From the IMG/VR virus record IMGVR_UViG_3300047157_000105, positions 64,001 to 128,000 of that record: 64,000 bases of DNA. One strand, written 5' to 3'. Under the pieces are notes generated by a model. The model made no database searches, was not told where the DNA came from, and saw nothing but the letters and a program-made list of their open reading frames with translations. This document shows, in pieces, positions 1 to 9,102 of this stretch. The position numbers and the translations under genes were made by a program. Numbering within the stretch: the stretch's first letter is position 1; the number at the start of each line of letters is the position of its first letter. Source of the stretch: a virus.

Positions 1-2
1 AT

Positions 3-326
3 CTAATTAAGCCAGAAGGTTGGACAGCACCTGTACACTTTCCTAATTATGGTATATTAGAATCAGCATGGAGTGATGAAATTACCAAGAGAGCCATGGC
101 AGCGAATGCTGCAAGAACAGAATTAGTAGGTGAAAATCCAGAGATTAATTCTCAATGGACACCAGATGCAGAAAAGCGTATGGATATTATTGGTCAAAAT
201 GGTAATGATGGTTTGCATTATACACCTGGACCAGGACCATTAGATGGTACACAAGCAAAGATAGATTGGACTAAAGATTCGGAGTACATAAGATTATATG
301 GCACAGCAGAAGATCCAAAAGTCTAA
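3..326 (+). CDS. 5'-truncated MazG-like/PRA-PH family nucleotide pyrophosphatase, C-terminal part
   Basis: The frame is open from base 3 (LIKPEGWTAPVH...) into the 96..326 ORF. LIKPEGWxAP is the typical C-terminal motif of phage PRA-PH/MazG-like NTP pyrophosphatases. Confidence 0.55.
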   Translation, partial: LIKPEGWTAPVHFPNYGILESAWSDEITKRAMAANAARTELVGENPEINSQWTPDAEKRMDIIGQNGNDGLHYTPGPGPLDGTQAKIDWTKDSEYIRLYGTAEDPKV

Positions 327-453
327 TTTTAATTATCGTAGATGGTTGCTTATATACAAAGGCAAAGATCTAGATAAGTTGACAGTTGAAGAGCATACTA
401 AGTTTAGTAAGCAATTCGCTGCTTGGAAAGTAGGTAACATTGAGAAAGTATGA
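298..453 (+). CDS. hypothetical 51-aa protein (below ORF-track cutoff)
   Basis: MAQQKIQKSNFNYRRWLLIY...NIEKV; fills the gap and has an ATGA overlap with the next gene. Confidence 0.5.
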   Translation: MAQQKIQKSNFNYRRWLLIYKGKDLDKLTVEEHTKFSKQFAAWKVGNIEKV

Positions 454-1376
454 ACTATTCCCTTACATTATTTAAAAGTATATTCGATAACAAGACTGAC
501 AAACGTATGGACTTTACGTCATATGCACAGTTTGAAGGTTTGTTATTTGATCTAGCCCAGCAGAAGCGTGAAGATAAGAAGTCGGCTCCCCTTATATCTC
601 CTGCAACCTATGTAGAAGGTACGACTCGTGCAAATGATAATGTAATCGGTTGGGCTGGTTGGTGCGCGGTAGATGTAGATGAACATGTATTCGATGGTAG
701 TCTTGAGCAAGAACTATTAGATCGTTATGGAAAATGGAATCATGTTGTTTACTCTACTGCTTCATCAACTCAAGAGCATCCTAAGTTTAGAATAGTATTT
801 CCACTATCTGTTGATGTACCTAAAGATAAGATTAAACACTTTTGGTTTGCATTAAATAAAGAGTTAGGTGACATTGGTGATCCTCAAACAAAAGATCTAT
901 CACGTATGTATTATGTTCCAGGCAAGTATAAAGATGCATACAATTTTATATTTAATAATTTCTGTGGTGTAGATATGGATCCATATGAGATTATGGCAAA
1001 GCATGATTACGTTGAGCGTAGTGGTTCATTATTAGATAATCTACCACCTGAAATACGTAAGGCTATGCTGGCACACCGTAAGAATGAAATGGTAAACACA
1101 AATGTGACATGGAGTAATTACAAAGATTGTCCATTTGTTAATAAGAAGTTAGTGAAAGAGTATAATGAAATCACTGACACAGGCTGGTATACAAAGATGT
1201 ATGCCATCATGGTTTCAATTGCAGGTAATGCGATACGTAACAAATATCCTATTACTGCACAAGAGATCACTACATTATGCAAGGAGATAGACTATGAAAA
1301 CGGCAATTGGTACAAGACAAGACCATTCGACAAGGAGGCAGATCGTGCAATCGAATTTGTTTACAGCAACGGATGA
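450..1376 (+). CDS. archaeo-eukaryotic primase (AEP/prim-pol) family DNA primase
   Basis: Motifs WCAVDVD (DxD), YSTASS...PKFRIVFPL and DLSRMYYVP, with a helical C-terminal domain. Confidence 0.7.
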   Translation: MNYSLTLFKSIFDNKTDKRMDFTSYAQFEGLLFDLAQQKREDKKSAPLISPATYVEGTTRANDNVIGWAGWCAVDVDEHVFDGSLEQELLDRYGKWNHVVYSTASSTQEHPKFRIVFPLSVDVPKDKIKHFWFALNKELGDIGDPQTKDLSRMYYVPGKYKDAYNFIFNNFCGVDMDPYEIMAKHDYVERSGSLLDNLPPEIRKAMLAHRKNEMVNTNVTWSNYKDCPFVNKKLVKEYNEITDTGWYTKMYAIMVSIAGNAIRNKYPITAQEITTLCKEIDYENGNWYKTRPFDKEADRAIEFVYSNG

Positions 1377-1803
1377 ATGGTTAATTCAATGTTGGAATAA
1401 AAAAGATTTATATAATATTCCAGGAGGACCATTATATGAATTTCCTGAATTTGCTCAAGTGGCAAATCCAGATAATATAGAAGTATTTCCAAGTGACGGA
1501 GTTTGGGAATGGGATACGACTGAAGGTGAAGATCGTAATGATTATGGATATTATTCATCAGATGGCATGTCAATTGAAACTCCAAAAATGTCGAAAGTAA
1601 CAAATGCAAAACTAGGTATAATAACTCATTTTAAACCATGGCACTTTGGTCAAGATGAAGAAAAATGGGTAGAGAAATTTTCAACTTGGGATGTTGAAGC
1701 AGGTGAACAATTTCCATATATAATACTTGGAAAAATTCCAGCATTAGAAGTATTAGAATATTGTAACAAAAATAAAACAAAAAGATATGTACTTCCGCTG
1801 TAA
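1345..1803 (+). CDS. hypothetical protein
   Basis: ORF 1294..1803; more likely start is GTG at 1345, 6 nt after AAGGAGG (1332-1338). Confidence 0.55.
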   Translation: MQSNLFTATDEWLIQCWNKKDLYNIPGGPLYEFPEFAQVANPDNIEVFPSDGVWEWDTTEGEDRNDYGYYSSDGMSIETPKMSKVTNAKLGIITHFKPWHFGQDEEKWVEKFSTWDVEAGEQFPYIILGKIPALEVLEYCNKNKTKRYVLPL

Positions 1804-1816
1804 AGTGTGGTATAAT
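1786..1816 (+). promoter_or_regulatory. class A promoter (TATGTAC-N15/16-TGnTATAAT) driving the base-modification operon
   Basis: tatgtacttccgctgtaaagtgtggtataat; the same motif occurs at 9 intergenic sites. Confidence 0.8.
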
Positions 1817-1842
1817 ATACACATATCAATCGAGGAGTAAAC

Positions 1843-2181
1843 ATGCAAAAAGAATCAATCATAGTTCTGCAAGAATGTGCAGAGCTTCAATCTAAAAAGT
1901 CAGAAGACTATCAAAACCCAAATTCACAAGTAAAACAAGCAATGCATTATCGTCGCGGTGTCGATTCTATTCATGACACTATGCACGGCAAAATGCTTCG
2001 TGCTCAGTCTTTACTTGAATCCGGTCAAGCTAATAACTTTGAATCACTCGAAGACACATACAAAGATCTTATTAACTATGCATCATTTGCTGTAGCTTAT
2101 ATTCGTGGCAAGATGGAAGGTCAAGATCCTTCACTAGATTACTTAAACAATCCTAAATCAAATGTTGATACGTCCGTATAA
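1843..2181 (+). CDS. nucleotide modification-associated domain 1 (DUF1599-like) protein
   Basis: KKSEDY...ESLEDTYKDLINYA motif; directly upstream of a hydroxymethylase; GAGGAG RBS. Confidence 0.7.
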   Translation: MQKESIIVLQECAELQSKKSEDYQNPNSQVKQAMHYRRGVDSIHDTMHGKMLRAQSLLESGQANNFESLEDTYKDLINYASFAVAYIRGKMEGQDPSLDYLNNPKSNVDTSV

Positions 2182-2851
2182 AGTCACTGACGTTCGTGAC
2201 TACTTCATTGGTGCCAAGCAAGGTGGTGGCTACGGTCAGACTATAGATAAGACTGGTGTAAAGTGTATTGAATTAATCGGTGCATCATTTCTAGCAGATG
2301 AACCTGCAATATTTGGTACACCTAATGATGAATATATTAAAAAAGAAATCGACTGGTATAAATCACAGTCAAGAAACATTAATGACATATATGGAATAGG
2401 TTCTATGCCACCAGCAGCATGGCAATATGCAGCAAACAAAGATGGTATGATTAATTCTAATTATGGTTATCTAATATGGTCAAGTGATAATGGCAATCAA
2501 TATGATAAGTGTTTAGCTGAATTAAAATCTAATCCTAATTCACGTAGAGCTCTTATGATTTATAATAGACCGGAGATATGGGATGAGTATAATCTTGAAG
2601 GTATGTCAGATTTTATATGTACTAATTCAGTAGCTTACTATATTCGTAATGATGAATTACATTGTTCAGTCTCCATGAGATCTAACGATGTCGTATATGG
2701 ATATAAGAATGATTACGCATGGCAACAATATGTACTAAATGAATTAGCTAATGATTTGAATATTGAACCGGGTAATATGATATGGCAAGTACAAAACTTG
2801 CATGTCTATGAAAAACATTTTGATTTAGTTAAACCAAAGAGATATGCCTAA
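2162..2851 (+). CDS. gp42: dCMP hydroxymethylase (thymidylate synthase fold, T4 gp42-like)
   Basis: GMSDFICTN (catalytic Cys), MRSNDVVYGYKNDYAWQ and LHVYEKHF closely match T4 gp42 (GMSDFMCTN, MRSNDVVFGFRNDYAWQ). Asp sits at the cytosine-specificity position. Confidence 0.9.
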   Translation: MLIRPYKVTDVRDYFIGAKQGGGYGQTIDKTGVKCIELIGASFLADEPAIFGTPNDEYIKKEIDWYKSQSRNINDIYGIGSMPPAAWQYAANKDGMINSNYGYLIWSSDNGNQYDKCLAELKSNPNSRRALMIYNRPEIWDEYNLEGMSDFICTNSVAYYIRNDELHCSVSMRSNDVVYGYKNDYAWQQYVLNELANDLNIEPGNMIWQVQNLHVYEKHFDLVKPKRYA

Positions 2852-3881
2852 ACAGTGGTTAAATGAAGAAGCACTTGATGTGCTAGTTAATTATTACTAT
2901 CCTAAAGCTGGATGGTTACAAGACAATGTCAATTGGGGAACACTTGATTACGAGGGTCCAGAAGCAAATGAGATTATTAATGATCCTTTACTCCAGAAGA
3001 TAGACATCTATGATTGTAAACATAGAGCAGCCGCTGGTTTCTCTAATGTATTACAAGACTTACGGTTTGGTTCAAAGACTCCTAAATGGAGATGGCAAAA
3101 CGAAAGACGTAGAGAGATTAATACTTGGAATGATCAAATCACATGGGGAGTATCCACATGGCTTTTTGTTATGATGTGTCACCGTATTACAGGTTCGGGT
3201 GCATCATTTGAGAATGACCACGGATACCGTAACAATATTATACAGTATTGGGGTACACAGTTTGGTAAGGACGGTGTACATCAGATGTGTGAAGATCTGG
3301 TAAAAAGAAAAGAGGAAGGACCAATATTTACTTCTATTGGTAACCAACCACCTGCTCCAAAGAAGGGCACGAGCAATGTAGACTTTATGACAAAAGAACT
3401 ACCACCACTAATTTATAAATTTACCGATTGGTTATTATATGAAAAGATAGACGGTAAAGAAATGAAGACACATAAACAAATTGTTGATTATTTAAATGAA
3501 TATAATAAATCAGCAGGACATAGAAAGTTTAACTTCCAATATGCAGCATTCTCTATGGATTGCTCAGACTATTTTCCTGAAGCAGTAGATAAAGATTCAC
3601 ATACATACTTAGGCAACAACGCTGTTCGTTGTTTAAAGAAGTTATCATCTGGATATAGTCATGATGAGTTCATGAATATATTAAGAGAACGTACAGGCGG
3701 AAGACCAAAAGATCTTGAAGATGTTATGTGTGACTTTGTAAGGTTTGGTCAGAATTATGTACCAAGAGGTAACGGCACATTTGACCATATTCCTAGCACT
3801 ATAACTAATAACAGCGGATGGGTATCTGGTTGGAAGCAAAGACAAGGTACACCACCACAAACTAATACACTACCAATATAA
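2844..3881 (+). CDS. aGPT-pyrophosphorylase superfamily protein (HhH glycosylase-like fold; motifs closest to 5-hmU DNA kinase, clade 1)
   Basis: FQYAAFSMDC...YLGNNAVRCLKKL and DLEDVMCDFVRF resemble the Fxaxqv.Dl / GpGa.rGL / dIEhsLCEfdKY motifs of this family; it lies in a modification operon. Confidence 0.6.
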   Translation: MPKQWLNEEALDVLVNYYYPKAGWLQDNVNWGTLDYEGPEANEIINDPLLQKIDIYDCKHRAAAGFSNVLQDLRFGSKTPKWRWQNERRREINTWNDQITWGVSTWLFVMMCHRITGSGASFENDHGYRNNIIQYWGTQFGKDGVHQMCEDLVKRKEEGPIFTSIGNQPPAPKKGTSNVDFMTKELPPLIYKFTDWLLYEKIDGKEMKTHKQIVDYLNEYNKSAGHRKFNFQYAAFSMDCSDYFPEAVDKDSHTYLGNNAVRCLKKLSSGYSHDEFMNILRERTGGRPKDLEDVMCDFVRFGQNYVPRGNGTFDHIPSTITNNSGWVSGWKQRQGTPPQTNTLPI

Positions 3882-4756
3882 TGCCACACAATAAACATGT
3901 AGAAGATGGGTTCAATATCGATGTCGGTATGATGCAACCTGATGAAGCAAAGAATTATTATTTAGATCTTGCAGGTGATTGGGAAGATCCTAATCCAGCT
4001 CCACGTATTGTTGAGCATGAAGGTATTCGAGTTGTAAGAGATGATGACTTAGTTGGATCGAAGGTCCGAGGTGGTGATTGTTTAATATCAAGTATTAAAG
4101 AAGATACTATTGTGTATGTGCAACCAAGGACTGGTTTAGCTGGTGTAAGTATATTAGATGTAGCAAAGAGACATAATAAAGCTGTAAGATTATTTATGCC
4201 ATCATCTAAAAAGATCTCACATCACCAAGCATGTTGCATAGAACAAGGAGCAGAAGCATCCTTCCATCGTATTGCAGCTATGCCTAATCTAAATAAGATA
4301 GCAAAAGACTGGGCTGATCAGAATCCAAATGCATTCTTTGTGCCATTAGGACTGAAACATAAATTAGTCACCGCTGGAATGGTGAAGGTTGCTAGTAAGA
4401 TTAAAGAGCCTGAACTGGTGTATGTTGCTACTTCGACAGGTGTACTTACAAGATCTCTACAGATTGCTTGGCCTAATGCCGAGTTTGTCTCTGTTGCTGT
4501 AAGTAGAAACATGAAGGCTGGTGAATTAGGTAGAGCAAAGGTTATATCTGAGCCACGGGCTTTCACGGCTCATGAGAGTAAAGAGAACTTACCACCATTT
4601 CCAAACATAGATACTTACGATGGTAAGGTATGGAAATATATTCCTAAACATTCTGGTAAAGATATATTATTTTGGAATGTAGGTAAAGAACCAGAATTAC
4701 ACGATGATACAATATATGAAACTGAAAGCTATAGAGATTGGGATAAGAACTTATGA
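3881..4756 (+). CDS. PLP-dependent enzyme (fold type II) of the phage DNA-hypermodification type
   Basis: VVRDDDLVGSKVRG (PLP Lys), VATSTGVL (phosphate loop), YDGKVW and ILFWNVG motifs, as in ViI/M6-type decarboxylase-like proteins. Confidence 0.75.
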   Translation: MPHNKHVEDGFNIDVGMMQPDEAKNYYLDLAGDWEDPNPAPRIVEHEGIRVVRDDDLVGSKVRGGDCLISSIKEDTIVYVQPRTGLAGVSILDVAKRHNKAVRLFMPSSKKISHHQACCIEQGAEASFHRIAAMPNLNKIAKDWADQNPNAFFVPLGLKHKLVTAGMVKVASKIKEPELVYVATSTGVLTRSLQIAWPNAEFVSVAVSRNMKAGELGRAKVISEPRAFTAHESKENLPPFPNIDTYDGKVWKYIPKHSGKDILFWNVGKEPELHDDTIYETESYRDWDKNL

Positions 4757-5697
4757 TTACAGGAACATTTAATAAAATACCACGTAAGAAGAATAGTCAT
4801 GGATATGGCTGGGCCAGAACATGGGCAGAGAATCTTATGACAACAATTAACCATGAGGGAGATCCTGTTGAGATATTATACTTAGACCATGGCGTAAACT
4901 TTGGCGGTGGTTTAAATCTATTTGGTGGATTCGATGATAAATTAAAACGAAGAGTAGATAATTTTTTATTAGCTGATAAAGTCTATTCACTTGATATGCC
5001 TATGCCAAGGTATGGTGATATGCTAGCCAAGAGAAAAGATGTGACTGACAAAGAATGGTGTGCTCGTGTTCAAGCTAAATGCGATGGTGCACAAACACTA
5101 CTATCTACAGATCTTGACACAACATGGTTAACCATTGGTGATTCTCATACGGCAGCATTTGCTCCACACGATAGCATGGTCATTAAGACAAATGGTCTTA
5201 CACTCAATGGACAAATTCAATCTAACTTCCAATATGTTCGTGACCATATGGCTAAATGCAATAACTTACAAGGTATCACACTCAGCTTTGGCAATATAGA
5301 TGTAAGACATCACTTATGCAGATTAGGTATTGATCCAAGAGATATGTGGATTAAATTAAAAAGGTTTGGTGATAGCTTGCCAATACCAGTAGAATATTCT
5401 GTACCTTGGCCTATAGAGTTTGAAGGTAGAAGATTACCAAAGACTGGTTATTATAAGAACCAACCATTTTGGGGTACACACTTTGAAAGATCACAAATGC
5501 TTGAAAGAATTCTTGAGACCATGGATATGGTGAGCATGAATAAAGTTATGTATCCGGAAGAGTGGTTAAAGCTTGATCCACAAGATTTTGCAAAGAGAAA
5601 AATGGAAGGCACAAGCTCAGTACATATATCACCAGAAGTTTACAGACGAAAAGAATTTGGTGAAGAGTATGTACTTTTAACAGATTTCATGATATAA
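4753..5697 (+). CDS. SGNH/GDSL hydrolase-like protein
   Basis: TIGDSH (block I), FGNIDVRHH (block III) and SSVH (block V-like); ATGA-coupled to the PLP gene. Confidence 0.55.
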   Translation: MITGTFNKIPRKKNSHGYGWARTWAENLMTTINHEGDPVEILYLDHGVNFGGGLNLFGGFDDKLKRRVDNFLLADKVYSLDMPMPRYGDMLAKRKDVTDKEWCARVQAKCDGAQTLLSTDLDTTWLTIGDSHTAAFAPHDSMVIKTNGLTLNGQIQSNFQYVRDHMAKCNNLQGITLSFGNIDVRHHLCRLGIDPRDMWIKLKRFGDSLPIPVEYSVPWPIEFEGRRLPKTGYYKNQPFWGTHFERSQMLERILETMDMVSMNKVMYPEEWLKLDPQDFAKRKMEGTSSVHISPEVYRRKEFGEEYVLLTDFMI

Positions 5698-5698
5698 T
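5668..5698 (+). promoter_or_regulatory. class A promoter upstream of uvsX
   Basis: tatgtacttttaacagatttcatgatataat. Confidence 0.8.
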
Positions 5699-5742
5699 GT
5701 ACACATCAAATTAACTATTAGAGGAGAACTATTATCGGTATA

Positions 5743-6786
5743 ATGGATAAATTAGCGAAGAACTCTCGTATCAAAGAGTCTTCCCAACTTGACAAAAGCA
5801 AGTTGTTTAGTAATAAGGACATGGTGACTACACCTGTTCCAATGATTAACGTTGCACTATCAGGTGATCCAGACGGAGGTCTGAGTTCTGGTTTAACAGT
5901 ATTAGCTGGACCATCGAAGCATTTTAAGACTTCTTTTGGCTTGTTAATGGCAGCAGCTTACTTAGATAAGTATGAAGACGCTGTACTGTTGTTTTATGAT
6001 TCAGAGTTTGGTAGCCCGCAACAATATTTTAAGTCGTTCGGTATTGATACTTCCCGCGTACTACATAGTCCCATTACTAATGTAGAAGAGCTGAAGTTTG
6101 ACCTAATTTCTCAGCTCGAGAATATCGAACGCGACGACAAAGTCATTATTATGATTGACTCTGTCGGTAACCTAGCTTCAAAGAAAGAGCTAGAAGATGC
6201 TATGAATGAAAAGTCAGTAGCAGATATGTCGAGAGCAAAAGCTCTCAAAGGTCTATTTAGAATGACAACACCCTACCTAACAATGAGAGATATTCCATTG
6301 ATAGCAATAAACCATACATATCAAGAAATAGGCTTATTTCCGAAGGCGGTCGTATCAGGTGGTACAGGTATTTACTACTCCTCAGATAATATCTGGATCA
6401 TTGGCCGCCAGCAGGAAAAGAAGGGAACAGAAATTACAGGATATAACTTTGTCATTAATGTAGAGAAATCAAGGTTTGTCCGTGAGAAGTCTAAGATTCC
6501 TATTAATGTTACATGGGAAGGTGGTATCGAATCGTATTCAGGTTTATTAGATGTAGCAATAGAAGGTGGATATGTAGTTAAACCATCTAATGGTTGGTAC
6601 TCAAAGGTTGACCGATCTACTGGAGAAGTAGAAGATAAAAAGGTTCGTATTGCACAAACACTTGAAGCAGAGTTTTGGCAAGACATTTTTGCAAAGTCAG
6701 ACTTTAAAGATTATCTTAAAAACAAATATGAAGTTGGTCATGCTGAAATGATTAAACAAGATAACCCTGAGGACTTGGATATTTAA
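5743..6786 (+). CDS. uvsX: RecA-like recombinase UvsX
   Basis: LAGPSKHFKT Walker A, FYDSEFG and IMIDSVGNLASKKE are T4 UvsX signatures. Confidence 0.95.
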   Translation: MDKLAKNSRIKESSQLDKSKLFSNKDMVTTPVPMINVALSGDPDGGLSSGLTVLAGPSKHFKTSFGLLMAAAYLDKYEDAVLLFYDSEFGSPQQYFKSFGIDTSRVLHSPITNVEELKFDLISQLENIERDDKVIIMIDSVGNLASKKELEDAMNEKSVADMSRAKALKGLFRMTTPYLTMRDIPLIAINHTYQEIGLFPKAVVSGGTGIYYSSDNIWIIGRQQEKKGTEITGYNFVINVEKSRFVREKSKIPINVTWEGGIESYSGLLDVAIEGGYVVKPSNGWYSKVDRSTGEVEDKKVRIAQTLEAEFWQDIFAKSDFKDYLKNKYEVGHAEMIKQDNPEDLDI

Positions 6787-8147
6787 TGCAGATCGAAACA
6801 TTAATCTTACGCAACTTAATGCTTAATGAGGATTATACCAGAACGGTTATTCCTCATTTAAAAACTATATACTTTGAAGATCCATATAGATCGGTATTTA
6901 ACGAGATTGTTGGATTTGTCAATAAGTTTAATAAGCTACCAAGTTCTGATGCACTCAGTATAGAACTAAGGAATAATCCTAAGATCACATCAGATTCTCT
7001 TGCACTTATACCTGAATTGAGTAAACAAGAAACAGAACAAACTCAGGAATGGTTAATCGAAAAGACAGAGAAGTGGTGTCAAGACCGAGCAATCTATTTA
7101 GCAATCATGGATTCAATTAATATTATTGAAGGTAAGCATGATACATTAGATAAGAATGCATTGCCATCTGTATTGAGTGAAGCATTAGGTGTTAACTTTG
7201 ATATGAGGGTTGGTCACGATTATGTTGATGACTCTGATGGACGTTTTGATTTCTATCACAGGCAAGAAGAACACCTACCATTTGACTTAGAAAAGTTTAA
7301 CACAATCACCAAAGGTGGTCTCGTCAAGAAATCTCTTAATGTTGCTTTGGCTGGTACAGGTGTAGGTAAGTCTTTATTTATGTGTCATGTTGCCGCTGGT
7401 GCTTTAACACAGATGAAAAATGTGTTATATATAACTATGGAAATGGCAGAAGAAAGAATAGCTGAACGTATTGATGCTAACCTTATGAATGTGCCTATTG
7501 ACCAGTTAGAGAATCTAAGTAAGGATATGTTTGATAAGAAGATGCATAAGCTTACTGACAAAGGTGTTGGTAAACTTATTGTAAAAGAATATCCTACAGG
7601 AGCTGCAAGTTCTATACACTTTAGAGCATTGCTAAAAGAATTACAGATCAAACGTGACTTCACTCCTGATCTTATTTGTATAGACTATCTAAATATATGT
7701 GCCTCATCAAGAATGAAATCTATGGGTGGTGCAATCAATTCATATATTATGGTGAAAGCAATTGCAGAAGAATTGCGTGGTTTGGCAGTAGAGTATAACT
7801 TACCTATTGTCACGGCCACACAAACAACTCGTTCAGGTTTTGCATCATCTGATGTAGGACTAGAAGATACAAGTGAATCATTTGGTTTACCGGCTACGGC
7901 AGATCTTATGTTTGCACTTATATCTACTGAAGAACTTGAAGCTATGAATCAAATCATGGTAAAACAATTAAAGAATAGGTATAATGATCCTACAGGTGGA
8001 AACAAGAAGTTTGTACTTGGTATTGACAGGGCTAAGATGAGACTGTATGATGTAGAGGATACGGCCCAAACTCTAAATGTAAGAGATGAGCCAGTTAAAG
8101 TTGCACCTAGATATGACACAATAGGGGAGGGATTTACAATTGAGTAG
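6786..8147 (+). CDS. gp41: replicative DNA helicase gp41
   Basis: LAGTGVGKS, YITMEMAEERIAERIDANL, IDYLNIC and TSESFGLPATAD. Confidence 0.95.
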   Translation: MQIETLILRNLMLNEDYTRTVIPHLKTIYFEDPYRSVFNEIVGFVNKFNKLPSSDALSIELRNNPKITSDSLALIPELSKQETEQTQEWLIEKTEKWCQDRAIYLAIMDSINIIEGKHDTLDKNALPSVLSEALGVNFDMRVGHDYVDDSDGRFDFYHRQEEHLPFDLEKFNTITKGGLVKKSLNVALAGTGVGKSLFMCHVAAGALTQMKNVLYITMEMAEERIAERIDANLMNVPIDQLENLSKDMFDKKMHKLTDKGVGKLIVKEYPTGAASSIHFRALLKELQIKRDFTPDLICIDYLNICASSRMKSMGGAINSYIMVKAIAEELRGLAVEYNLPIVTATQTTRSGFASSDVGLEDTSESFGLPATADLMFALISTEELEAMNQIMVKQLKNRYNDPTGGNKKFVLGIDRAKMRLYDVEDTAQTLNVRDEPVKVAPRYDTIGEGFTIE

Positions 8148-8601
8148 ATTACACGGTAAGGCATGGGGTGATAGATATATCCATTTAGCAAAAGAAATAT
8201 CTACATGGTCGAAGGACCCAAGCACACAAGTTGGTGCTGTAGTGATTGGACAAAATGGTGAAGTATTATCACAAGGATATAATGGTTTCCCAAGAAGTAT
8301 TAAAGATACACCTCAACGATTAAAAGATCGTGAAAAAAAGTACAATTTAGTTGTACATGCAGAGATGAATGCTATATATAATGCTAGTTTAAATGGTGTT
8401 TCTTTAAAAGGATCAACATTATACGTTTATGGTTTGCCTATTTGTAATGAATGTGCTAAAGGTGTTATTCAAGTTGGTATAGACAGAGTTATTGCAACTC
8501 GTCCAGCTGATTACAATAAAGAATGGGACGAATCAATAAAAGATGCCAAAGCTTTATTTAAAGAAGCTGAGGTTGAATATAAAATAGAAGTGGAGAAATA
8601 A
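8140..8601 (+). CDS. cd: dCMP deaminase
   Basis: SKDPSTQVGA, GYNGFPR, HAEMNAI and PICNEC zinc motifs. Confidence 0.92.
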   Translation: MSRLHGKAWGDRYIHLAKEISTWSKDPSTQVGAVVIGQNGEVLSQGYNGFPRSIKDTPQRLKDREKKYNLVVHAEMNAIYNASLNGVSLKGSTLYVYGLPICNECAKGVIQVGIDRVIATRPADYNKEWDESIKDAKALFKEAEVEYKIEVEK

Positions 8602-8733
8602 ATGGGAAAATCAATAATACCTACTGCCAAGAAACGGGTAAAAGGTCAACCAAGGTTTGTCAAGGATATGAGTCATAGTACTTATACAAAGAAAAGACAT
8701 CCTAATTCAAAGAGGGTAAAACAAAATGCTTAA
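8602..8733 (+). CDS. 43-aa basic hypothetical protein
   Basis: MGKSIIPTAKKRVKGQPRF...KRVKQNA; GGAG RBS; abuts the cd stop codon. Confidence 0.5.
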   Translation: MGKSIIPTAKKRVKGQPRFVKDMSHSTYTKKRHPNSKRVKQNA

Positions 8734-9046
8734 AGCTTTATTTAATCAAGGCTATTCGAAAAAGTTCATGGATCGAATAGAATTTAGAAGAAAAGAATAC
8801 TATGAGAAACGTAGGATTCAAACAATCCGTGAAAATGCTATGAAGATGGCACACAATTGGCAACATGAGTATCCTACTGGTACACCATTAGAATATATTC
8901 GTGATGACATTATTGAATGTTGGGAAAGGAATTCAAAGGTTGGTATCTATAAAAACTTAGAAAATAAACAAAACATACCAACACCAAATGTTGTAGATCC
9001 ATTAGATACTATCCCATATAAAATTGAAGGAAAACATGAAAAATAG
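8726..9046 (+). CDS. hypothetical protein
   Basis: ORF in operon, co-oriented. Confidence 0.65.
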   Translation: MLKALFNQGYSKKFMDRIEFRRKEYYEKRRIQTIRENAMKMAHNWQHEYPTGTPLEYIRDDIIECWERNSKVGIYKNLENKQNIPTPNVVDPLDTIPYKIEGKHEK

Positions 9047-9077
9047 TATGTACAAACCGCTAAAAACATGTTATAAT
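9047..9077 (+). promoter_or_regulatory. class A promoter
   Basis: tatgtacaaaccgctaaaaacatgttataat. Confidence 0.8.
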
Positions 9078-9102
9078 AGTACTTTAAATGAAGGAGTAAT
9101 AT

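Noticed and set aside
2162-2851. Ordinary thymidylate synthase or dUMP hydroxymethylase
   Set aside because: Motifs match T4 gp42, including the Asp specificity residue, not the ThyA PFN motif.
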